Assembly (NCBI RefSeq): GCF_964355755.1
Contig: NC_092677.1
Coordinates: forward strand, 28,135,175-28,199,174
DNA length: 64,000 bases
Direction: 5' to 3'
Source of the DNA: Antedon mediterranea
Taxonomy: Eukaryota; Animalia; Echinodermata
Positions within the stretch are counted from its first letter, which is position 1. Each line of letters begins with the position of its first letter. The notes under the pieces are model-generated. The model worked only from the letters and a program-made list of their open reading frames with translations, was not told where the DNA came from and searched no databases. The translations under genes and the position numbers were made by a program. Shown piece by piece: positions 14,153 to 27,342 of the stretch.

Positions 14153-14676
14153 AACAATGTAAACTAATGTATTTTGTGCTATTACTAGGACCATTGCACC
14201 AATCAAAGGTATTGTTCATTCATTGTGTCATTCCAATATTGCAGGGAATAATTTCGCCAGTGTAGCATAGCAAAAAGCTATACAAAACAACCTTCTTGCT
14301 ACACATTTCTACAATTGTGTAGCAAAAAATACAATACAAAACTATGTTTCTTGACTAAAAAATTAGTTTGATTAGCAATTTTGCTAAACAAAATTTTCAA
14401 ATGAAATTTTTCCCTGTATTGCCATTAGCACTTCTTGGATACAATGTAAACTAATGTATTTTGTGCTATTACTAGTACCATTGCACCAATCAAAGGTATT
14501 GTTCATTCATTGTGTCATTCCAATATTGCCATTTTGGCACTTCTTGGATAGGCCTACAATGTAAACTACCGTAATGTATTTTGTGCTATTACTAGGACCA
14601 TTGCACCAATCAAAGGTATTGTTCATTCATTGTGTCATTCCAATATTGCCATTTTGGCACTTCTTGGATACAATGA
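14153..14676. repeat. ~110-bp tandem triplication (first unit interrupted by a MITE)
   Basis: ACAATGTAAACTAATGTATTTTGTGCTATTACTAG...CACTTCTTGGAT x3. Confidence 0.85.
14242..14416. mobile_element. hAT-like MITE with 5-bp TSD
   Basis: CAGGGAATAATTTC...GAAATTTTTCCCTG flanked by TATTG/TATTG. Confidence 0.7.
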
Positions 14677-15887
14677 ATAACAATATTAATTTATTTTCAC
14701 ACAGATTTAAGAAAACTTGAGATAAGTTCCTATTAAGGACTTCTGTATTAAATATAGCAAACATTTTGCATTCTCTAAATCCAAATGATCATTTTGTTGT
14801 TTTAGTCCATATTATGTTGTACATTATGTTATGGAAGTTACCTCCTGGTTGATGTTAGATTTTGATCAAAATGTTGAATTGAATTAATTTGTTCTAGTTT
14901 GCGGTTTAACTATATTAATCGCTCAGATTCAGAGCAGACTATTTAAAATGATTTTGTGTGTTTGGTCAGTCTGTCCAGAGCACCGGCGGTCAGTAACCCT
15001 TGCTCATGTGGTCATAGTTAGCAGGGGTGGTTAGTTGTCTTTATCAAATCCCATTTCTCAAAGTATGATCAATGACACTAGTAAGCAGGAATGAAACGCA
15101 ATTATAGGCCTACAATAAAATAAAAAATAAGACTAATTGGTCTTGATTTGTAGATGAGTAAAACGTATTTTACACGTTGTTTGAATATTGAGTTTTATTG
15201 CTACTGTTGTAAGCGGGATTGTAAGCCATGCCGTTGGGTATTTCCTTCGTCTACTCTTCTTCACTAACGCTTTAATTGATTTTGATGTATTCATTATTGA
15301 CAATAGTAACCTTGATAGAGGTTGTTAAACCTTTTGACACTGCAATAGGTCTATTAAAATACAATTGTTTCCACGATTTAACCTATAGGTGTTTTCAGAC
15401 ACTCTGGTTCAACGCGTTGTATTGTTCTGACTGTCCGCCAGACGGCAGTGTTCTGACTTGCATGCGCTGTTTCGTGTTGTGCACAATGTCGTATAGATAC
15501 TGTAGTCTATAAGAATGGAGTAAGGTTCTGTTTCTGCTTTGAAAAAATGATTGCCGTATGAATAAATTAACGCCAAATTATTTGCAGAATAAACAGGACA
15601 TATCACCTACAAACCATGCAGTCGATATCGAAATTATATAAACGGTTTTTTTAGAGAAACAAACTGACTCTAATACGTGTTTCGAAGTTTCGATACATAT
15701 CTAAATGTGTATCGCAGTGTCGTATGTACGCGTGTCATAGTTTCGTATGTACGCGTGTCATAGTTTCGTATGTAGACGTGTCGCAGCCGCGTCTCTCCCG
15801 CGTACCGTTTAACCAATCATGCCTCTTCCTGCCACTTGTTTGTATACAAGGTGATAGAAATCTTAACTTTTGGCATTATGTCCCAGT

Positions 15888-16053
15888 ATAAGGTTTATCG
15901 CAAATAGCTTCTACAATGCATGATGGGAAGGGTTTGGGAGCAAACGTCACGACGAGTACGTACGAACAACAAATCACGTACGTACGCGTTGTGACGTTTG
16001 CTCCCAAACCCTTCCCATCATGCATTGTAGAAGCTATTTGCGATAAACCTTAT
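15888..16053. repeat. Near-perfect 166-bp palindrome (foldback MITE)
   Basis: ~75-bp arms ATAAGGTTTATCGCAAATAGCTTCTACAATGCATGATGGGAAGGG... mirrored with about 2 mismatches around a short loop. Confidence 0.9.
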
Positions 16054-16529
16054 TAACCCAATGTATGCACGTTGCATTGTCACACCTTGTATTAAATCCA
16101 GGGGCCTATATAAATCCGGGGTATACCCTAGGTGTTTCCTGAAAGTTTTGTCAGTTGCTGGGGTAACTAAAGATTTAGGTTCGATGAACGTTCGGTGAAC
16201 CATGTATGAGGTCACAAGAACCAGTTTCATTGCGTCTGACCTGAATGCCAAGTCGTTCGATTCGTTCCCCTAGTTTTCTCTCGCTTTTCTCGCACCGTCC
16301 CGTGGGGTTACACCAATAAATGTTCAACAGTTGGCCTGGCATGGTTACTCTTCAAATAAAGTATTTTGTATGGCAGATGTGCATGTATTTTAAACAAAGA
16401 CAGAGGTATGAAAAACAGGATAAAAGATATATATATATAATTCCTTGATAAATGTATCTGTGTAAAAACTAGGCTAACATTCAACAAATAATTTCTATCA
16501 ATCAAAATATTGTTATGACTGTCATGTGA

Positions 16530-16615
16530 CTTCATGTGAAGAAAAAATGTGATTTGACGTCATATCACTACCATATTTGGGCACTTTACACTAGTTTGAT
16601 AGTGTAGACAGAGCT
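16530..16615. mobile_element. MITE family B partial copy
   Basis: CATATCACTACCATATTTGGGCAC...GATAGTGTAGACAGAGCT. Confidence 0.65.
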
Positions 16616-17026
16616 TTAAACAATATAAATAAATTAAATTACATAATTTATACTTGAAATTTATTTTCCATTTTCTAACTCTTTAAACTTTAACTTTATT
16701 GACTCAATAAAACTGTTTCGAAAGTTATTGGTAAAATGTTGTTGAGAATGTTGACAGTTGATTGGCAGGATAGTCATTGTATGTCAATGAACCTTAATAT
16801 GAGTACGATGTTACAGGTATTCCACGAGGACAGGTTGCTAACACTCCGCACTACATGAGTGACGTCATATGTCATACGTCATAATATATACGTTTATATC
16901 GGAATGTTTGTCAATAAAGTTATTTATCTAAACAATTCTTCAACCAATTTTTGATTAAAATTATTATGAAAACGCAACATCATTTCAAAACCAGAATTTG
17001 CAAAAATCATGGATTAGTTTATGTAA

Positions 17027-17188
17027 AGCTTGGTTCTCACTAGGACGCAACGCATGGACCTACGCGCAACGCATGGACGTACGCGCAACGCATGGACATA
17101 CGCGCAACACAAGCGATTTGACCAATGACAAGAAGCGACTGTAATCCATCGCTTGTGATTGCGTTGCGTCTCTAGTGGGAACCAAGCT
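17027..17188. mobile_element. MITE family A (PIF/Harbinger-like), intact copy
   Basis: TIR AGCTTGGTT(C)CCACTAG...CTAGTGGGAACCAAGCT, TSD TAA/TAA. Confidence 0.8.
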
Positions 17189-17803
17189 TAAGTGTCTGGG
17201 ATTCATTGAATCTGTATAGGCTTAATGTATTAAAATGATCATTAATGTGATACACATTTTGAGGGTATCCATTAATTTGCGATTTATTGTCAGTCGAATG
17301 CGAATGAAGACACGCGACACGAAAAGACAAGCGCCACCAAGTTTTACTCGCAATGAGGTATGTTGCACAGTAGTCTGGGTTTCAGACGGAGTTTTGACTT
17401 AATATTAGTAAATAGATAAATATGTTGGCACATATGGCGTTTCATACCTATACTACACTCGAAAACATCGAAAAACCTCAAATAGACTTGTCATTGAGCT
17501 GTAAGGTTAACTTTACTTAGAACCTAGCAAGTCTTGGTTGGCGCATTTGCTTTAGTAATTTCCACAATTGATTTTAGTCTCCCTGACCACAAACTTAAAT
17601 CAGTGCTGTTGGCTTAAGAATTATGACTCAAAAGTTAGTGTCGTTGCATCTGTTGAATTCTTCAAATAAATTGACGTAAGATGTAAGAACATCCATACTC
17701 GGTTAATATAGGATACAAGTAAACGGCTGACACGCCATGTAGGACATTCAATCCTGATACAACGGTCATTCAGTGTTATTCCACATGATGATGCCGGTTA
17801 CCC

Positions 17804-18293
17804 ATGGAACGCCGTTTTCGCAACATTTCGATGATATATTTCATGACACGATATGTGAATGAAATGCATCGATATGAATTGAATGACGCGATATGAATGA
17901 AATGGTTTGAATGAAATATTTGAAACTATTGGCGGCGTATATCATTCCCACCGCGCTCTCTTGGTAGCTTGACCGGACCTCTCCACATCTGAGTTTTTTT
18001 TCCCTACTAAATGGATCCAAGCCCAGGTCTGTTAGGATTCTTTGTAAAGGGTCCATATTGATGACAGCGGTTGGAGAGAGGAGAAGAGGGTACCAAGGCT
18101 TAAGAGGTTTAGAAAAAAAAGCGTGAGTGAGAATGGCATACGCCGCCAATATAAGTTTGACTTTTCAAAGCATTTCATTCAAAAGATTTCATTCAAAACA
18201 TTTCATTCAAATTAATTCATTCATCGCGTACAGTTCATATTGATTTCATTCACATATCGCGTCATTTCAAATGTTGCGTAAACGGCGTTCCAT
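17804..18293. mobile_element. Non-autonomous TIR element with nested inverted repeats
   Basis: ATGGAACGCCGTTT..CGCAACATTT ... AAATGTTGCG.AAACGGCGTTCCAT; TGAATGAAA/TTTCATTCA subterminal repeats; inner IR TTGGCGGCGTAT/ATACGCCGCCAA. Confidence 0.75.
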
Positions 18294-18919
18294 ACATACA
18301 AACCTCTATTACATTCAAATCGGTAAACGTAATAGAAAGCCTTTGCCAGTATGGTTCCGATCTTAATTTAACTTGTCAATTTTAGCGTACACTCAACTCT
18401 CAATTAGACCCGATTATTTTATGAACTTAATAAAAACGAAAGCGTTCGTTGGTATTCATAATTGTGGATATAAAACGTGCACAATACACAGCATACCTAA
18501 CAACACGAAAATTAAATAAACCACACAAATGAAAGGGATAGGATTTTAAACAGCATGTCGCACAACATTGTAAAACTAAAATTAATAAGCTAGACAATGG
18601 AATATAAAACTACAAACATGTTTTTTGTTTTAAATCCAAATTTCACTTAATTTTAATATGTGAAAACGTGAAGTTATGCGTTCCGTAATATTTGCTTTTC
18701 GCTGTAATTTATTAATTCATGAATAATAATAACCACAACGTTTATTTTTTAATTTTTTTTCAAATTTCTTCAAAAATGATAATTTAGGAATTTTTTTATA
18801 TATAATATAACGGTAGAAGATGCAATCGTGTATCTATCTGGATTATTACCATGATAATTTAACAAGGCAATATTCAGAGTTAACAAAATGAACTTTCTAA
18901 CATTTTTAAACATTAATAC

Positions 18920-19075
18920 GTGCCACTAGAGACGCAACGCAAGTACGTAAGCGCAACGTAACAGATTTTGACCAATCACAAGCGGTAGATTATTATTATG
19001 TTGCTTGTCATTAGTCAACTCGCTTGCGTTGCGTCTACGACGTCGTTGCATTGCGTCTCTTGTCGGAACCAAGCT
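18920..19075. mobile_element. MITE family A copy
   Basis: CCACTAGAGACGCAACGC...GGAACCAAGCT. Confidence 0.7.
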
Positions 19076-19364
19076 TTATAAGCAACTCAGCAATAATGCT
19101 TTAAAATCAAAGAAAATAAAAATGTGATAACCGAGTGTCGAACTCTTCAACTAAACCTGCATATCGCATTCGTCATTTTGTCAGACTCTAGTTATTCACT
19201 CGGTCACATTATATTTAGCCAACGAACGAGGAAAGATCACAAACAAATCAATTAGGCAAAATGCGTATAATGATGAAGGATAGATCAAGTCAGTATCCGG
19301 ACCAACCCTGTCAATGACATTTGTAATTGCCCTGTTCTACTTCTAATGTTAGTAACATGTAATC

Positions 19365-19560
19365 CAGTGGCGTAACGCAGAGGCATGAGGCCCTGGTTCA
19401 GGAACCCGAAGTTCCCCTTCACCGCAGGAGGCCTAAGGCGTTTTTAGCCCTTTTTTCGGCATATTTTAATGCTTTTTCCTCTGGGCATTGCTCAGGGGCC
19501 CCCCTAAGCTCCGGAACCCCCTGGGTTTAGCCAGTGAGCGCTTATATCCGTTAGCCACTG
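19365..19560. mobile_element. hAT-like MITE remnant
   Basis: CAGTGGCGTAAC...GTTAGCCACTG with GC-rich GGGGCCCC interior; no TSD seen. Confidence 0.5.
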
Positions 19561-22500
19561 ATCATGGAAGATTATATGGGTTACCAGCGTGTATTACGAG
19601 TCAATTAAACCATTGTTTTTAACCCCATGGTTTATGAGTATTACCAATATTGGTAACGTTCGTTGCTGATGACGATATGACGTTACTCTATTTTGTCATC
19701 ATACTTCTGACCAATAAGATAAAAGTATCCATTACAGTTTTGTTCCACGACTAGTAAATATGCTAATGGATTTTTTACTTTAATTTTAAGCTTTAAGTTT
19801 AATAAACAAAAAATGATGAGACTGCGAAAACTTTGTGATGGATGGTCTGTCATTATGATTACTATACGTCAAATGTAGCGGTTATTATTATGTATAGTGA
19901 TGATGACGAACACAAACAATGAATGAAGGGTCATTGTCGCTATTGACAGAGAACATAGTAATAGTTACCGACGACGACAGAGGCGTTAATTACATTCATT
20001 ATAGCAATGTTCATAGACACCTCTATAGCGATCGAAATTAGCAATATGTTGATGGTAGAATGAGTCAAAGGTTGATTGACCTCTTACCTATAACAAACAT
20101 TATAGGCCGTTACAGCATTAGGGTCATCACCGGATTCCTTGTTGACATTGCATCAGAATGAATACGGTATATTCTTACCCGCTGGGTAGCAGGGCTTTCA
20201 CACTCATACCGCATGTGTGGCCTCCATTGCTACCGTTCATATCGCACATTCAACCCCATGGGAATCTATTTAGCTTCTTTAAACAACCAATTCATTGGCC
20301 TGGGTTGTTGATCTGTATTCTAGTGCACAAACCCTGGTTTAAACACGTTCAACTCGGCGATTGTCCCGTTCCAAGTAGTCAAGAGTGTTAAACGCGCCAG
20401 GATCGTAACACCTGGCGCGTCAACAAGAATTTCTTAACGCAAAGAAAATATTGTAACGGAAAATAAGTTACGAGAAAGTACGAAGAATGTCGCTTGGTTT
20501 CTTTCGCGTTGAGCATTAATTGCACAGGCCAATATTAACAGTTTAAAAGTTCATTGGTTTTGTGTAAACGTCAGAAAACTTCACAGGGGTTTGACGCATA
20601 CCGCTGGGAAGAAAAATACTAAGAATTATTTCAAACTATGTACATTAGTATGAATTATGACATATGCATTGCCGGTCGGTCGACAGATTTAATCTTTCGT
20701 GTCTGTCTCAATGATTTCTTGTGGCAGAGTGTGCCGGCCGTTACACCGTTGACTTCAAGTTTCGCGCGCGTTGAAAGAAAATTGGCGGACACGGGCATTC
20801 AACGTACCATTTATACCGTATGTTCCAATGGTATAGGCCCTCAATACCAAGTATCATAACCCATTCCCCAATGCACTTGAAATCGGTCAATGGTACAGAA
20901 ATGATTAAACGTAGCTTCATAATCTTTCTTAGAAATAGTCCCACCTAATACAACATTCCTTGGTTTTTAACAACTTGTGGGGCCTTAACATTAATTTGTT
21001 TAAAGTTCCTCCATTAGGTCCACATACTCATCTCCAAGATAAGTTCATAAAGACGCCAATGTACATCGACACAATCAATTGACATAGGGACGTTTATAAT
21101 AAGTCTATATAGGTTATAGACAGCATTTCGACTTAAATATTTATAAAGAATATTTTTGTATATTTATTGATTTTCATATAACTGGAAAAATATAACAAAA
21201 TAATTACAGATGTTTGGTGACAAGTCTAGCCCACTTTTTGTCATAACTTGCTGTTTTCTATTTTTATGTAGAAAATATGTTTTATACAAAATCTTATTTG
21301 TAGCTGTTCTAATTTTGGTGCAATTTAAAATGATCAAATAGGCCTAGACGTAGCCTACGTGAGAAGATTTACAAAAAATCGCATTAAAAAGTACTGAACC
21401 ATTAAATGATGTACTTTGCATTAAATTAACATCCCTTTTTTCGGAATTTCACAACCACAACCGATACAAAGTCGAGGACTTACGTCAAGTTAAGTTAACA
21501 TTATATTTCGAATAGGTGCTACTTTAATCCCACTCAATGTAGTGACTAACTGTAGGCCTAATTAATGTGAATAGGCCTGGCTACCATTTTGAATTGAAAT
21601 TCGCGCTCATACATGCATCGATACATTTTCCTGGAACAGCAATGCTTGGTTACATATCTGTAGGCCTTAAGCAGTCGATCATAATTGTTTTGAATTTTTC
21701 TCAACCTAAAGTAAAATGTGGATAAGAAGAAGATCGTGTCTGATTGTACACTTTTTCATATTCGTTTTTTAAAATATTGTTTTTTGACCAAAACCTCTTA
21801 ATCAGATTTTGGATCCGCATTATACTCGCATTCCATTTCTCGTTTTAAATCTATTCGATTAGGGAAATCCCCTCATTGTATTGGTGGGATTACCATTGAT
21901 GTCATTCACCCCGGTACCACGTGACAAAATACATCAACATCAGCCTTTCGATAGTTTTGTTGTGAAATTCAAATGTTACTTCTTCCCATGTAGATAGTAA
22001 TCTTATCATTAAATCGCCATGTTTGCTCAGTTCTCTTTAAAATTATTATTTTTAACATAAGTTAATACATTGTGGTTCCTTCAAATTGTAACTAATTCCT
22101 TGAATATACCATTGATCTCATTGGCTCAGTGGAAACATCTAAACATAGGCTATAACAAGCAAAAAAAGGGATATTTCATTGACATTTTTGTGTAAAGCTT
22201 TCTATAGAAAAACATTAGGCGGTATATAAAAAGCAAACATTATTATTAAATAATTGCATTTACAAAAATATCGACTTGAAATCAATTCCAGAGGTCATTG
22301 AATGGGAAACTACAGCCCGTACATTATGTACTTTTTTACGATCTTCTGTATATGTATTTTAATAAAAGTATATCGGGTGTTGAACCGAGCCAGACGCATA
22401 AATATTTCATCAATAGCACACAGTTTAAAAGTGTTTGTGTTTGAAATTTATTGGATCTATAAATAGTAACATGCGTGCATTTAGTAAGTTTTGAATTTAG

Positions 22501-22567
22501 ATATACATTGTACTAGAGCTTGCTATTAATATAAATATAAATACGGTAGTCAACAATCAATGATGTA

Positions 22568-22717
22568 TTGGTTCCCACTAGGACGCGCTACAAGGACTTA
22601 CGCGCAATGTAAATAAGTTGCACAATCACGGCGAGATAGATCATTCGTCGCTTGTGATTGGTAAACTCACTTACGTTGCGTGATACGCACTCACGTTTTG
22701 TTTGATTGGACCAATCT
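22568..22717. mobile_element. MITE family A copy
   Basis: TTGGTTCCCACTAGGACGC...GCTTGTGATTGGT. Confidence 0.6.
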
Positions 22718-23179
22718 TAATTAAACGAATGCTTGGCGTAGGTGATGACAAATAGCTTGTCTCTTGTAATCGACGAAAGAATGTTTATCGGTGTTTTTAA
22801 ACATTCAAGCCCTCTGACACCCCAGACATTTCTTGATTTTGGTAATTTGTTTCCCTGACACTCCTTTCCTTAAAACCTGTAAAAGACAGGTGGAACAAAG
22901 CGTGCATGGAAGTTAGGTGGTCTGAATTTCCAAGTTATCAAAAACATCAACATGGAATCATCGATCACAGACTGAATAGACATGACGTGAGAAGCATGTA
23001 GTTGAAAAGTGTAAAATCTAATCCACAGCGCATTCAGACAATATTGTTTGTGGTATGCGCTATATAAATACATTGACATTAACAATAGAGCATTATTTTC
23101 GAGACGCCTACCCCATGATTAGAGTGCTGTATAAACAAGGCCAGTTCGTGGGCACTGAATCCTCCCACCTCCCCAAAAA

Positions 23180-23970
23180 AATTGACTTTAACTTTGCTTC
23201 AACCCATTAGAAAAAGTGCAAATATAAGCAATGCACTTTGACATTTGATCATGATGAATATCTTATTTTGACCTACATTCTGCGATATCAAACCACATGT
23301 TTATTCATCTCATGTTTTCTTTTCTTCCGAATGACAAAATAATGATTTTAAATCTTATGTTTGATCACATTTGACCTTGGCATTGATCGAGTGTGTTATG
23401 TTGACCTATGTGACCTTAGCTGGGTTTTTACGTCAACTTTTATTTACAGCACGTGTCTTACAACCCTGGGATACTATGTTCTTATCTGCTGCGAATGTCA
23501 TACCGTATTTCGATGCCGCCGCACGTTAAATATTACATGACAATAATAAACGTTGTGACCTTCCGGACATTACCTAGGGTCAACAAACTTCTTTCATGCT
23601 TTCGAATCTTGAATTTCCAGCGGTTTGACGTCAATGTTCGTAGTAAAGTCGGTTACGTCATGTGTTATATTATACGTGGTTTTTTTAAAAGGAATTGTTA
23701 CATAACAAAACCGGTGCAATAATTCTGCGGTAACTTTGTGAACATTATACCCGACCAGCGCATATACAGGATAATGTCTTAAGTTTATGTCTAAGTAAAC
23801 AAACAAGTCTCGCGTGTCATCTACAAGTAGAATTGCGATAAAGCTTATTTCAGTATCTGTTTACATAAATTGATAGTGAAATTAGCTGCTGTGGTTGTGA
23901 TAAATGCTCCTTGATAATCAGAATCAAATAAAATAGGTCATACGCTGCAATCGAGTCCAAGGTTACTCTG
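23180..23970. promoter_or_regulatory. Nuclear-receptor element cluster (candidate enhancer)
   Basis: RORE at 23269-79 (AATGTAGGTCA on the - strand), NR5A site at 23372-80 (CCAAGGTCA on the - strand), perfect DR3 TGACCTatgTGACCT at 23402-16, RORE AAAATAGGTCA at 23930-40, CRE at 23626. Confidence 0.45.
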
Positions 23971-25033
23971 TATAAGCGGCGGTCATCCCCTACAAATTGG
24001 AATCCCTTCACCTCGTATAAAGTTTACAATATAAACTCCGCGGCATCGCGTGCTCGTCTTTCACCTAGCAGTCATCCAATAAAAACCGCGAGAATCTAAA
24101 CTTCGCATGTTCGATGTGCAATAGCAATCATTCGCAGGGATAAGCCTCTCTAAACTGCGCATGTTTATCTGTACAAAAGTGACCATTCCCTTTAAAAAAA
24201 TGGAATACTGGCTCCCAACTCGTATACAGTTTATACACGAATCTAGACTGTCTAAACTCGATGTTGGATTACGTATGTATTTTTGAGCACTCACTTGCCC
24301 TACTAGGCTACATGTATTTTATTTGGGGTTTAGAGTTATTTCTGCAGCAAAACGATGTTTATGCGTTTCCGTCACTGAGACTCGTCGTAGATGACGAAAA
24401 AGCGATCTTGCAACGCATTCAATCTTTCAGTATTATTTTATATATAGGCATTTTCAGCACAAGCTCTGCTTTTTAAAAACAGTGCTTCCTTCATTTTTTC
24501 TGTATATTGTAAGATTTACGTTAGTTTATGATGTTATTTTGATTGATTGATTGATCCATCTATCAATGTTTTGGTATCCCGGCATACATACCCATTACAA
24601 TTTAATAAAATTAGGCTTACTAAAAATGTAGTTATATCATTAGACCTACTCATACAATATTCTATTACCCACAATTTCATCAACGTCCTACTACTATACG
24701 TTGTGGAATACTTGAACCGCTAACCAACAAGGCAATCTATTGGTTTGCCTTGATATAACAATAACGTGTTATCAATGTCATTTATAACAATTGTGTCCAG
24801 GTACCGAATGACTGCTGCAGCTTTAGAGTTCGTTGACATCAAATATGATACGAAGGTCAGTAAAATAATTATTTAATGGGCCATTACCACTATTCTTGTC
24901 TTTTTTTAACGCTCACACGCAAACACGGCGGAAAGTATAAACCTTCAATCGTTATACGTCACTCTTTCGCCTACTGAAAATTCTATTTTCTGCACCGCAG
25001 GTGTATCGTGGGGTTCCGTACGCCCTGGTCTAA

Positions 25034-25180
25034 AGCTCTGTCTACACTATCAAACTAGTGCGATGTGCCCAAATATGGTATTGAAATGCCCAAATATGGT
25101 AGTGATATGACATCATCATGTCCATATATGGGCACATCACATTTTTTTTGTCACATAAAGTTTTATAGTGTAGACAGACA
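25034..25180. mobile_element. MITE family B copy
   Basis: TAA AGCTCTGTCTACACTATCAAACT...ATAGTGTAGACAGA. Confidence 0.75.
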
Positions 25181-26084
25181 AAGAACACCAGTTTAACGTT
25201 TTCTTTTAGATTTACTTTTCTTCTATAAACAATCGTCGTTCCTATATCCAGCCATTTGAGGTTTTTCTTGCAAGCGCATAGGATGATCTTTTGCTTGTTG
25301 TGTTCGCATTAAACAAAAATTAACTATTCATCATACTGTATATAAAAATGATATTACATCCGTTGTATATTTAAAAAAAAAAATGTTTTATCATTTTGGT
25401 GAAACACTTGAACCTTACCTTTATCAGGATTTGGCTGAACTTTTGTACTTTACGTTTTGTTATGTCTTACTACTCTATGACAATATAAATGAAATAATGA
25501 AAATGAAATTAAACGAGTTTGAGTTTTTGCCATTTTGTATGTGTTTTGTTTTCTTACTGATTTCATTGTGTCCCCCTTTCTCTTAATTTGTTGGAGTCTT
25601 TATTTGGACTCTTAACATTTGAACTGAAAAACATTGAACTTGAGTACGTATAACAAATACAAATTTCGTGGGAGAAAATATAATATTTGAACAAAAAATG
25701 TACTGGTATGCAGTATGCATAAAGCCGATATTGTATAATATCAATACAAGCTGTATAATGGTTCTTTATATAGTATGAGGTCGAAGACCGATAAAAAGCA
25801 TTCAAAGAATTTGTTCACACTTTATCAGAGATACTTTTATATATTTACTTATACATTTGTATTCCAGTTCATCAAACAGTTTCTAGTGTTATTGAACTAT
25901 TTTATTACAACCAAAATAAATGTATTAAGGCCACTTAGGTTTATTTTCAGTTTAACCGATCTATCGGGTTTCAGCGCAATCCGAGGAATAGCCACATTTG
26001 TTGATCCGATAAAAATAGAAACATAAACAACAAATATTTTATGTTTGTTTATATACAAAGTGTAGAATTTTCAGTCAATGAAAT

Positions 26085-26298
26085 TACGTCGAATTAATGT
26101 AAGTTTTATGTAAGTTAACGTAAGTTATGTAAGTTAACATAAGTTATGTAATAAGTTAACATAAGTTATGTAAGTTAACCTAATTTAATGTAAGTTAATG
26201 TAACTTAACGTAATTTAATGTAACTTAACGTAAGTTAATGTAAGTTAACGTAAGTAAACGTAAGGTAATGTAAGTTAACGTAAGTTAATGTAAGTTTA
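26085..26298. repeat. Degenerate 9-10-bp repeat (TAAGTTAAYG)n
   Basis: Directly visible. Confidence 0.85.
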
Positions 26299-27342
26299 CC
26301 TATTTGGTCTCGGTTTGTACACGAGTGGTTTGTGGTTGCGTTGCACCGTCATCCTGGTGGGGCGCGGTACGATATTACGTCATTTAACTAACAATGATTT
26401 TGTCACCAAACCTCACATGTTCTGGTTAGAATACTGAACTCTCACAATTCGCCCCTACATCTGATTTTTTACATTTTACTATCATTGCAACATAAGCAGG
26501 GAAGGGTGTAATAAGGCCAGTACGTATTTCCACGTTCTTTATTGTACATTAATGCTTTAGTTCTACATTTCCGTCAAACTTCACCTTTTACAAAATATCT
26601 ATAACCGTGTTGTGCTGTTCGCGACATCGCTCACATTATTTATGATGTGTTTACCTGTAACGGTACCCCGTAGTGTGAATTAACAATATATCCTAACCAT
26701 TTATATTCATTGTTTTACGACTGTTTAAGTGGAATTGGTCAATACGGTAATTGAATCGACCATAGAGATTTCTCCATGAATTGACACTCATGACGAAAAA
26801 GTTTTTTTTTTGTATTATGTTATTGATTGATATTAGTTTAATAATTGATTATTGATATGACTTATTGATTGAAATAATGACTTCCGTTTATTTAAATTTT
26901 AAATCATCCATTATGTACAATGTCATGCGCATTTATGACAGTAGTGACGTCATTTAATAAAACTATCATTGCGTTCGAGCATTATGCCTGTCCCATCGGG
27001 GTGGTTTTGTCTGCTGTTTAATATGCTTATAATTAGGCCTAGGTCTAATGCTGCGACTGGTCGTATCGCCCACATGTGTTATTTTAGAATTGATTGCAAT
27101 ATTTTGAATCAATTCTATCCCGATATGATTACAAGTTTGATAGTTTGTAACCTTTTTGTAATTGCTAAGGGATTTAAAATAATCCTGTAGCATACTTTTG
27201 TTTACGAGGCTGAACAAAAATAGATAAAACACTCAATTAATAATGATCCGATTGATAATAGCTTTACAATCCCAGATTTTAGACTTCATTTTGTTAAAAT
27301 GGTTTAGTTGGTTTTTTGTTGCTATTAATATTACCGTCTGTA

